Part shown: positions 53,545 to 64,000 of the stretch, one piece after another
How the letters are laid out: each line of letters opens with the position of its first letter
Position numbering within the stretch: position 1 is the stretch's first letter
Assembly: GCA_964016885.1 (NCBI GenBank)
Contig: OZ024746.1
Location: 90,334,001 to 90,398,000 of the forward strand
Reading direction: 5' to 3'
From: Eledone cirrhosa
Lineage: Eukaryota
DNA length: 64,000 nt
The notes under the pieces: model-generated
Seen by the model: the letters and a program-made list of their open reading frames with translations, nothing else
Database searches by the model: none
What the model was told of the DNA's origin: nothing
Translations under genes and position numbers: made by a program

Positions 53545-53658
53545 GATGGCCTTATGCCTGATTAGAAATTATAACTGTTTCTTCTTCTTCTTCTTCTTCT
53601 TCGTCGTCGTCGTCGTTTTATTCTCATTTTCTTCTTCTTTAGTAAGGGTTTACATATA

Positions 53659-53710
<52 letters not shown>

Positions 53711-53934
53711 TCGGTGTAGTTAAGATCAGGATTATTATTCTGCTATCGATCTTGATAATGACGTCATTTTTAAATAACATAGAAACGAGGAACCTTTATG
53801 TAGTCACTTGATTTATTAGAAATAGCAACCAAATCTTCCTCAAAACACCCCTACCGTCTTAAATAAGAAAACTGTTATTTGTAATAAAGTGGTGTATCTG
53901 TGCATATGAGCGTGAGCCAGTGAGCTTCTGTGTG

Positions 53935-54730
53935 TGATTATGTCTGTATGTGCATATGTGTATGTGTGTATGTGTGCATATGTATATATTTCCGCTTGTG
54001 TATGTGTGTGTGTGTGTATGTATGAGCATATGTGTATGTGTATGTGTATATGTGTGCATGTGTATATATTTCCGCTTGTGTTTGTGTGTCTGAATATGCA
54101 TATGTGTATGTGTATGAGTATATGTGTGCATCTGTATATATTTCCACTTGTGTATGTGTGTGTATGTATATGTGTATATGTGTGCATGTGTATATATTTC
54201 CGCTTGTGTATATGTGTGCATGTGTATATATTTCCACTTGTGTATGTGTGTGTGTGTATGTCTATATGTGCGTATGTGTATGTGTCTATGTGTGCATCTG
54301 TATATATTTCCGCTTGTGTTTGTGTATGTCTGTCTGTACATATGTGTATGTGTGTGTCTATGTGTGCATCTGTATATATTTCCGCTTGTGTGTGTATGTG
54401 TGTGTCTATGTGTGCATCTGTATATATTTCCGCTTGTGTGTGTATGTGTATGTCTGTATGTGCATATGTGTATGTATGTGTCGATGTGTGCATCCGTATA
54501 TATTTCCACTTGTGTATGTATGTGTATGTCTGTATGAGCATATGTGTATGTGTATGTGTGTATGTGTGCATCTGTATATATTTCCGCTTGAGTATGTGTG
54601 TGTGTATGTCTGTATGAGCATATGTGTATGTGTATATATATGCATGCGTATATATTTCCTCTTGTGTGTGTGTGTGTGTGTGTGCATCTGTATAAATTTC
54701 CGCTTGTGTAGATAAATTTCGCCTGTATAT
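53935..54730. repeat. Compound minisatellite with gcatctgtatatatttcc(g/a)cttgtg core and TG/TA spacers
   Basis: Direct inspection. Confidence 0.92.
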
Positions 54731-55333
54731 ATGTGTATGTATGTGTTTGTGTTTGTATATTAGACTATACTATTGTTTGTTATCTGTCGTCTTCCATTGT
54801 TGATGGTGTTATTTCTATTAAAATGTTGCCTGTCTGTTGTATTGATGTAATTATCCTTAGTTTTATTCGTTTGTTTCGTTCGTTTTTCTTTGTTTGTTTT
54901 ATATTTTTCTTTGTTTGTTTTTTGTTTTAATTTGGTTTTATTTTTATTTTCTATGTATTTATTTTTATTTTTGTTTTTGTTTTTTTGTTGTTTTTTTTGT
55001 TTATTATTCATTCTTCTTCATCATTCTAAATGACATGTTTACAAAACAAATATCAAATTGCGATATTCAAAAGCCAATCCTAAGGTCAAGAAGATATTTT
55101 ATTTTTCTAGTATCAATGTAAGTCTGTCTTCTTTCTGTCTGTTGTTTCTCGTCTGTCCGTTTGTATTGTGTATCTGTATGTTAGCTTGTTAGTTTGATAT
55201 TTAGAAGCTCATTTTCATTTCTTTGTTTATATTAATTTATTGTTGTTTTCCTCGTTGTTTTTGTCGTTATTGTGACTGTTGTTGTCATGTTTATTGTTGT
55301 TGTTGTTATTTACATCTAGTTATTTTGCATCTT

Positions 55334-55365
<32 letters not shown>

Positions 55366-55756
55366 TACCCTCTCTTCCAACTTTAACCAGCCCTGCAGTC
55401 AGCATATTTAAAAGGCCAATTAAGTCAATTTTTAAATAAATGAATAACAAAATGAATAGACTAATGACAAAAATGATTATTAAATGACGATCATAATTGT
55501 TTTTTGTTCAGTATTTGTAGTGTAAGCAACGTTGTTAAGAAAAAATGGCTAATCTACTGAAAAAAATAGCTAATATACTTCAAAATTCTATTGTCTGGTA
55601 TCTCATAATTTAATAACTTGATAACAGAATAAACAGTTAAAGAAACACGCAACATGGAGATAAAAGGAGGAAAAGGAAGACAGAATATTATTTCAAAGAT
55701 GTATAAAAGAATTGGAAATAGGAATACGAGGACTGTATATTTAGAGACTTCTTTTT

Positions 55757-56170
55757 CTTCTTCTCCTTCTTCTTCTTCTTCTTCTTCTTCGCCCACTTAC
55801 TCCTGAGAGGGTTGTGTGGGGGGGGGGGGAGTCCTCAAACACACCTTCCAGTGGGTCCTGTCAGAAGTGACCATCTCCAACTGATCCGGCTGGATCTCCA
55901 AATAAGACCAGCCAAGCTCATGAATCTTATCCAACCATCTTGCTCGAGGTCAATCCCTGAGTCTCTTGCCGATTGGTTTTGCCCGTAAAATATGTCCAAC
56001 AATTCTTTCCTGGGACATTCTAACCACATGCCCGTAGTATTGGAGCTGTGATCTCTCAATTCAGAGACGTCGTTCTAGCTGTATATGGTATATTACATGT
56101 AGCTGGATTAGTGTACAGCCTTCAAGAAAGAGTGGTTGAGAACTTCTCTTTCTTCAAGCAGATGTCGGTC
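55757..56170 (-). mobile_element. RTE-type 3' fragment with (GAA)n tail
   Basis: Inverted homolog of 58155-58396. Confidence 0.7.
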
Positions 56171-56354
56171 TTTGACAGGCTTTATCCTCTAATTGAAACG
56201 TCATTTCATTTTTTTCGTAAACTGTTCTTTTCCATTCCGGTTTTGGGGGTTTGAGTTTTTTCATAATCTATTCTGCGATAATCCCACTCTCCGACCCCTT
56301 TTTGTAATTTGTCTTTGTAAAGTCCCTTCAATTTTCGCTCATGTAGCAAATAAA

Positions 56355-56705
56355 GTCGTCGTCGCCGTCGTCATTGTCATCGTCGACATTGTTGTTGTTG
56401 TTGTCGTCGTCGTCGTTGTCCTTGTCATCGTCGACATTGTTGTTGTCGTCGTCGTCGTCGTCGTCGTTGTCCTTGTCATCGTCGACATTGTCGTCGTCGT
56501 CGTTGTCCTTGTCATCGTCGACATTGTTGTTGTCGTCGTCGTCGTCGTCGCCGTCGTCCTTGTCATCGTCGACATTGTTGTTGTTGTTGTCGTCGTCGTC
56601 GTTGTCCTTGTCATCGTCGACATTGTTGTCGTCGTCGTCGTCGCCGTCGTCCTTGTCATCGTCGACATTGTTGTTGTTGTTGTCGTTGGCGTCGTCGCCG
56701 TTGTC
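56355..56705. repeat. (GTC/GTT) minisatellite with cttgtcatcgtcgacattg core
   Basis: Direct inspection. Confidence 0.93.
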
Positions 56706-56859
56706 AGTCATTCAATCACACTTTCATTTTGTTTTCAATCCACAAAATTAAGTTCGAATATATTTTTATTCCTTCACACTGCTGGTTATTTGTTCATAAG
56801 AGTGTCTTAAGATCATTTATTCAATGTATACTTTTATTTTCTTTAATAAGACTATATTT

Positions 56860-57092
56860 TAACACACAATGTGTTTCTCCGGAGGACGGCAAGGGAGACG
56901 CGCTGGAAAAGCCACTCCAACTCACGGGGCTCATACCTGCGGCTGGCCAGCTCAGTGCCTATGGTGGTGAGTAAGGAGGTAGCCCTGGGGCCGAGGACAC
57001 CAGAAGTCTCCACTGCCAGGGGTACGACCGCAAACCTGTCGGAGAGCGACCGGTATTTGAGGAGTTTGGCCACCTCAGCCCGACGTGCAGTG
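56860..57092 (-). mobile_element. CRE-type RLE non-LTR C-terminal fragment
   Basis: AEVAKLLKY...VPLAVETSGVLGP...LFQRVSLAVLRRN. Confidence 0.8.
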
Positions 57093-57449
57093 TTATATAA
57101 TCGTCTTACTAATTCGGCCTCCATATAAAATACACTAGTGACAAATTGAACTAAATAGCTTCTTTTTTTTCCAGTTTCTACTAAAGTTTCCTTCTCAGTT
57201 CTGTCTTAATGAATCTATTCTGATATATATCTTAATCTGCTTAGATTCTACCTAATCCGCGACAGATTTAACAAACTTAATATGCTTACGAGTATCACAA
57301 TTTTAATATTTTTTATTACTTTACCTGAATTTCATAATCTACCGATACAGTCATACCTTTTACTGTCACACACTTTAAAGATTAAAAAATGCTTTAAATT
57401 TAACTCTATTTTCGAAATTTATTTGTAAAATACATTAGAACGGTGCTTC

Positions 57450-57790
57450 CCAGGTAAAAGTAAAGACCCCCTTCGTCCCTAATGACCATGGGATTTGCAC
57501 CTAGAAAGTTCCTCTCCGAGACACAAATCTGGGCAAATTTGTGGAAGATCAACAGTTACCGATGTGTGCCAATCTCCCGTCTCCACATCACCGATGTTGT
57601 CCAAGGGAAAGACAATGGATGATAGAGCTTGGCACCAGTGACATCGCAACTCATTTCTACAGCTGAGTAAACTGCAGCAACGTGAAATAAAGTGTCTTGC
57701 TCACGGCCAAAACGCATCATCCGGTCCGAATATCGACCTCACAACCTCCGATTGCAAGCCCAATGATCTAACCACTAAGCCATGCGCCCC
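57450..57790 (-). mobile_element. tRNA-headed SINE with CORE-like central domain
   Basis: Minus strand ggcgcatggcttagtggtta...gagcaagacacttt...ctcagctgtagaaatgag. Confidence 0.65.
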
Positions 57791-58154
57791 ACGGATCCTA
57801 TTCTACAATTTCTCCATTCCAATATTATTATACAGGGAGAATAACAATCAAAAAAGAGAAAAGTTTCATCTTAGGCAATGATAAATACCAAATGTGTACA
57901 TGGTTTTTTTTTTCCACAAAGCACTTGAAATTTTGAATTTAACCAACGAAGTGATTTAGATTTTATTGACAGCATTAATTCAAATTCAGAACCAATATCC
58001 TTGACATTGACCTCTTTATAAACGCAGTATTTCAGGGTCTGAGGTTTAAAACATTTCCAGAATTTTCTTTATACCCCTCTTCTAATTGCCCATCCCGCTT
58101 TCCTTTTTCTTTCTGTTCTTTCTAATTTCCTTCTCAATACTATGGACATATAGT

Positions 58155-58396
58155 TAGAATGTCTCAAAAAAGAATCGCTGGACAGATTTTACAGGCAAAA
58201 ACCAACCGATCGGAGACCCAGGAGTAGACCCCGAGGAAGATGGTTGGATAACATCCATGAGCTTGGCTGGTCTCGCTTGGGGATCTAGCCGGAGCAGTTG
58301 GAGATGGTTGTTTCTGACAGGACACACTGGAAGGTGTGTTTGAGAACTCTGCCCCAACAACTCTCTCGGGAATAGGAGGTCGAAGAAGAAGAAGAA
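58155..58396 (+). mobile_element. RTE-type 3' fragment with (GAA)n tail
   Basis: RPRSRPRGRWLDNI; homologous to 55760-56020. Confidence 0.7.
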
Positions 58397-58589
58397 TTAA
58401 TATATGTAAACCCTTACTAATTTCCCCCTGTAATTTCTGATGATTTTAATCATGAATGGAACAAGTTTAAAACCTTGTTACGGATAACTAAATACATATG
58501 TGTGACGTATACATGTGTACGTATGCGGATATATTTATGTGTGTGCGCGTATATGTGTTTGTGTCTATAGATATGTACGTTTAGACAAA

Positions 58590-58976
58590 CCTAATTTAAA
58601 GATGATTAGGGTCCCTATGGACACCTATAAGTCTTTAAAGGAAAACTTTCCAAAGGACGTGGATAATCCTTGTGTTAAACCCATTAACCGCGTCCTTTTA
58701 AAACGTTTCCCCACCCTCACCCCAGACACCCCCCACCCCACCAAACATCTCCGTCTCCACCCCGCCGGAAACCACCACCCACCCAGACAACCCCTCTAAT
58801 ACCCCCATGGAAACCGTGCGGCCTGATTCCCGGGAGACGGAGAGGTGAGTGTTTTCTTCCCCTCTTCTTTTAACTTTTCAGAACCAACATGGCCAATATA
58901 AGAGTTGGATGTGTGAATGTTCGCGGCCTGGGGGTGCCCTGGAAACAGGGCAAACTCTTAAACGACCTCAGGTCGC
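58590..58976 (+). mobile_element. 5' fragment of a second L1/Tx1 subfamily (small upstream ORF + first ~30 aa of APE)
   Basis: MANIRVGCVNVRGLGVPWKQGKLLNDLRS; inverted homolog of 61603-62016. Confidence 0.88.
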
Positions 58977-61900
58977 GCTGTGAGCGCTTGAGCACATTCG
59001 ATGTGCCAGTCGCCCATTTTCCTCGGTCTTTGCTTGACCCAGGACTGCAGCTCGGTCAGCGAGACGAGTCGTGGGAAGGCTCACGAACTGTGCCCACACC
59101 GGTTGTCCGGTGAGGAATACGTAGAGATGCCGCAGCCTGAGCGTTGGAAGGATGTTGGAAGGGTGTTGGCAGCAGATGGATCTTCTCACCAAAGCAGCCC
59201 ACCTCTTCCAAAGGAATTGGAAGAGCGCGGGCTCCATTTTGGTGAGCGTTTTGGCTGGGAAAGGCACGACGGTCAAGCGGTAGTAGATGGCGGACGCTAT
59301 AAAAGTGTTCGCCACCTCCGCTCGACCTTTCAAGGATAGTTTGCACTCGGCCCACTTCTGGGTGAGTGCAAACACCTTGGCCGTCACCTCGTTCCAGTTC
59401 TTCTCCACCTGGAGATCCGGACCAAACCTGACCCTGAGCAGCTTTACCGGTCCTTCCGTCCAGCGTCCGACGACGCCATCGGAAGGCATCGGTTTGCCTC
59501 TCCATGATCCGAGTTGCAGTCCGATGGAGTTGTCCCGGTTCAGCTTCGCTCCTGTGAACCTTTCGTATTCCTCCAGTAAGGTGCCGATCTCCCCGATTTG
59601 CGAGGTGCTCGACACCATTACTGTTACGTCGTCGGCGTAGGCCGACGCCTCTTTCCGCAGTCCCGGTTCCAAATGGATGCCCTGCAATAGCTGCAACTTC
59701 CGCAGTAGTGGCTCGAGAGTCAGTACGTACAGAAGGGAGGAGAGGGCATCCCTGTCGGATGCATCGCGTGATATGGAACGGCTCCGAGAGGTAGCCGTTC
59801 ACTTTGACCCTTGAGCAGATGTTGCTGCTGTGCATTGCAGCAATCCAACCCCTGAACACGGGTTCGAAGCCTGACGCCTCGAGCACCGCATCCAGGTAAC
59901 GATGGTCAACCCTATCGAAAGCCTTAGACTGATCTAAGTTGATCAGGGCCCCACCGAAGCCGGGTTTACACCCTACCATCTCTATGATGTATCGCATGAG
60001 GTGGAGGTTGTTGTGTATATACCTGGTCGGGATTGCGCATGTCTGCACTTCTCCCACCGGGTTTTCGACGACAAGCGCCAGCCTCTTTGCCAACACCTTG
60101 GCCAAAATCTGTAACTCTGTGTTGAGCAGAATTATGGGCCGGAAGTTGCCTATGCCATCCCCCTTGTTGTCGTCCTTCCTGACTAACGTGATTACGCCCT
60201 TGGTCACAGAACTGGTAATTCTCCAGTTCTGCTGCCAGTTGCAGTAGACCACTTCCAGGAGATCGGAGAATAAGGCCGGCATTGCTACGTAAAATTCGTA
60301 GGGTAGACCGTCGAGACCTGGAGATTTGCGTTTGCCGCATTGGCTCAGCGCGTCCGCTATCTCAAAGGCCGAAATCGGCCTTTCGCAGAACTTCGCCTCG
60401 CTGTCCGAGAGTCGCGGTAGGCCGTCGAGGTATGGACCGAAATCCATAGCCCCTCCCGGCGCGCCGCCCTGCCCGAACAGTTGAGCAAAGTGCCGCTGAA
60501 TGGCCGCGCACATTTGCTTCGGCTCACGTATCACGCGTTCGTATTGGTCCTTCAAAGATCGAATCGTGGACTTGTTGCCACTTTTCGCCTCCGTCACTCG
60601 GGCCCAGCTAACAGCTTTGGCTCCCTCGTTTCCCAGAGCACATATTTTTCTTCTGACAACACAGCCTTCATGCTTTGCGTCGAAGAACTGGTCCAAGGCC
60701 GTTCTCGTCGCTAGCACGCTGGCTACGTTGCTACTCCTAAGTGCCTCTTCTACTTTATCTACCAGTTCCTTTTCGGTCTTATTTCTATCTAACACTAATT
60801 CTTTACTAATACCTATCGAGTCTAATCTAACTAACCTCTTGAGAGAGTACCACCATCTGTTGTTGACAATGGCCCCTGTCAAGTGCTGCTTAACTAAAGT
60901 GCTAATCCGTCTACTGTAGGCTTTGCATGTCGGTAACGACAAGTTCAGCTTCCAGTAGCCGGGTCTCTGTCTATGGGTTTTGTCAAGGTTGACTACGCAG
61001 GTCACTAATTTGTGATCTGAATAGGCATCCATGAACATTTGTAGACAGCTTAACTTGTCCCTATCCTTCTTTCTAACTAGAACCCTATCTAGGTACGATC
61101 TAGATGTTCCGCTAAGATTAGTCCACGTCCACAGTGGCAGAGTCGGAAAATCTAGTCGATATCTATCGGCCAGGTCAAATCGGCCGATTAACTGTTTGAG
61201 GCTGTTACATCCCCCTCTATCGGGACATGCTCCCACATAGTCCCAACGTGCATCTAGGATTCCATTCCAGTCCCCCACTAACAGCAGGGAGCGGGACGTT
61301 CCCAGAAAAGTCTCTAGACGTTTGAAGAAGTTTGGCCGCGGTGTCCCGGATGGGGCATATGCGGCCACCAGCCTGAAGGCTCCACCTTCACTACCGTCAA
61401 CGTCTAGGACCACCAGTCGACCCTCCGCGTCCAGGTGTACCGTCTGTGTTACGAGGTCCAGGTGTTTCCGCAACAAAACGGCAACCCCTCCCCCACCACC
61501 CGGCTGACAGAGAGATGCGTAGATCTCAAAGTCGTCGAAGATGGGGGCCAGTTGTCGCTCGCTGTATCCTGGACTCGCAAATGGCTACTACATCCATACT
61601 GTGCGACCTGAGGTCGTTTAAGAGTTTGCCCTGTTTCCAGGGCATTCCCAGGCCGCGTACATTCACACATCCAACTCTCATATTGGCCATGTTGGTGCTG
61701 AAAAGTTAAAAGAAGAGGAAAAGAAATCACTCACCTCTTCGTCTCCTGGGGACCAGGCTGCACAATTTCCATGGGGGTGTTGGAGGGTATGTTTGTTGGG
61801 GTGGTGGTTTCTGGCGGGGTGGGGACGGAGTTGTTTGGTGGGGAGGGGGTGTCTGGTGGGATGGGGATGACTTGGGTGGGGCCTGCCTGTGGTGGGGACG

Positions 61901-62016
61901 CCTTTGAAGAGGACGCGGTTGATTGATTTCACGCAGGAATTCCCCACGTTCTCTACAAATGTTTCTTTTAGGGATCTATAAGTTCCTATAGGGACCCTGA
62001 TCAGTTTTAGGTTCAT
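58977..62016 (-). mobile_element. L1/Tx1-type APE-RT retrotransposon, 3' end missing, frameshifted ORF2 (ATG ~61690)
   Basis: APE motifs GDWN, YLDRV, SDH; RT motifs SPGLDG, FRPI, DQSKAFDRV, QGCPL, YADD. Confidence 0.95.
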
Positions 62017-62444
62017 TTATTTGTTTTTGTTGGAGCTATCCAACAAAAGGTTCCTCCTATATAATTAATAGCCATTTCAAGAAAAACGAATGTTCTTGTT
62101 CTGGAAATAACGACTATACATAATGTTATTAACACCATGCGGTTTAGCAATAGCTATTCAGTTTAAAGTTACATAGCTATTAATGAGAAGACATGAAACA
62201 AGAAGTAGCTTACAATATCCTCTTAACAACTCAACCGGAAATTAATTTAATTAATTAACTAAAAGATAATAGCAATATTGTAAAAGTGGATTAAAATAAA
62301 TTTTATTTCAATCATATTATATCATACATCAGCTGAAATATGTTTTATAATGAGATAGTTAGTTATTTTAATAAATCCTTCTTAACCTCTGGTTATATAA
62401 AACATTTTTGAAAATCATAGGTTGCTTTTCATAACAAATATAAT

Positions 62445-62629
62445 TGTTTCTACTTTTGGCACAAGGCCAGCAATTATCCCAGTGTATTACTGCTACTTTA
62501 TTTTATCGACCCCGTAAGGATGAAAGGCAAAGTTAACCTCGGCGGGATGTGAACTCAGTCCGTAAAGGGACGTAACTCTGCTGCAAAGCATGGCGTCCGA
62601 CCCTCTACCGATACTGCCAATCCACCTCA
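62445..62629 (-). mobile_element. Full-length SINE with 19-bp TSD
   Basis: ttttcataacaaatataat at 62426-62444 and 62630-62648. Confidence 0.95.
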
Positions 62630-63334
62630 TTTTCATAACAAATATAATAAAAGTGTTAAGAATAGGTCTTATACAGTATATTATTAACTCTTTTGTTGTA
62701 TTGAGAGACACTATCAACAATTTTCAAATCATTTTGAAAATTACCTATAATTTCTAATTATTAAGCTGGTATTTGGAACATAACTTAAACGTTCTTAAAT
62801 AAATTTATGATGGAACATTTTGAGATAAATATAAACATTTTAAAATAAAAAGCTTAGTATCATAACACCAGGGTCACTTTCACACAGTTTCGTGTCAAAA
62901 GGTTTAAGTATAGTCGTATGTTCTTTTACTATTCAAATTTGAGTTCTGGATTTAAGAAATATTTTGAAATAAACACAAAAGATATTTTAAGCAGCAATGA
63001 AGAAAAGGAATTTGAAATTACTGCTAAAGAAAATCAGTAGTACTGCCACTTACAATCCATAAAAGCTAAACTTGAAGCATATCGCACTTGTTATAAAATT
63101 GGCTTCGATAAGTTTGAAAAAACATTTTAAAAACAACAAAAACCAAGTGTTGCATTACACTTAACCTCTTTCTCCCTCATGTAACTCTGTCAAATTCCAC
63201 CACATCCACGGTGCCATGCTTAACAACCATCTTAACCCGCTCCTCCTATTCACGCCTCTGAGCATGTCTAGCTTAAGACAAAATATACCTACCCCCACTT
63301 ACCGAGTAGAGAAGGTTCTGCAGTTGAGTTAACC

Positions 63335-63625
63335 TATGACAGCCTCGCTATTACTGGTGCCATGATAAGATGCATCTAGTACTCTTTGTAAAGTGGTAGG
63401 TGTTGGGAAGGGCCTCAGGTGTAGACATTATGCCAGTTATGTCAAGGAGATGATAAACTCCCTAATGCCTGAGCCATGATAAAATACACCCAGTACATTC
63501 TGTAAAGTGGTTGGTCTTAAGAAGGGTATCCAGCTGTTGAAACCATACCAAAACTGGAAGGTATGTGAGATCATCGAACCCTTCATAGAATCCTTGACTC
63601 CCATCGACTAGGCATGTAAAAAAAT
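63335..63625 (+). repeat. Two degenerate copies of an RTE-type 3' UTR motif
   Basis: gtaaagtggt.gg..tt..gaaggg..tccag.tgt; matches rc of 46255-46315. Confidence 0.6.
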
Positions 63626-64000
63626 AATAAATCATAACACAGAATCTAAAATAAATAAACAATAAAGACTGGTTATATATAAATCAGAAACTTGCATAAA
63701 CAAGTTGTGTTTTATTGTAGTATTAGATGCATTTCCATTTCTTCTATAAGTGTCAGATTTTGGCGTAAACGTGCAATCAAACCCCTGCGTGGTCTCATCA
63801 ACCCACTAGTTCGATATCGACCACTATGGAGATTTACTACTTTAAACGAAACATTTTTGTCACAGCATTTAATCGTGAATTAGTTATAAATTCAAGGTAA
63901 ATAACTCCGTCTAACATAATTTTTAGTCATCAATAGTTAACGTCCGTGATAATATTTCTCATGAATAACACTGTCTATGTTTTTCAAGTAATTATTAAGA

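Noticed and set aside
58425-58495. CTGATGA followed by a weak stem
   Set aside because: There is no correctly placed GAAA and the stem I register does not fit.
62800-63130. Possible hAT transposase remnant
   Set aside because: Similarity is too weak to support.

Overview
AT-rich, repeat-saturated animal genomic DNA with a 200-N gap at 30542-30741 and no host gene that I can support. It is most likely from an octopod cephalopod, inferred from the tRNA-derived SINE family and the huge (TA)n/(TG)n tracts. The window holds many retroelement copies, mostly broken: R4/Dong-type RLE non-LTR elements stacked in (TAA)n, L1/Tx1-type APE-RT elements, RTE and CRE 3' fragments, three Penelope-like GIY-YIG fragments, a Buster/Charlie-type hAT remnant, about 20 SINE copies and several minisatellites. 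Four signals lie outside the ORF track. (1) Dispersed type I hammerhead ribozyme motifs sit next to (TA)n tracts and Penelope 3' ends; two have an intact core (23167-23315, with a ~116-nt stem II, and 41469-41517). (2) A 40-copy 38-bp minisatellite has grown inside a SINE tail and shows higher-order variant periodicity. (3) A Tx1-type element is bracketed by inverted 5' ends from two subfamilies that share a small ORF with mostly synonymous differences. (4) Fold-back and inverted duplications are unusually dense. All pairings and alignments were read by eye, and boundaries of degenerate elements are approximate.
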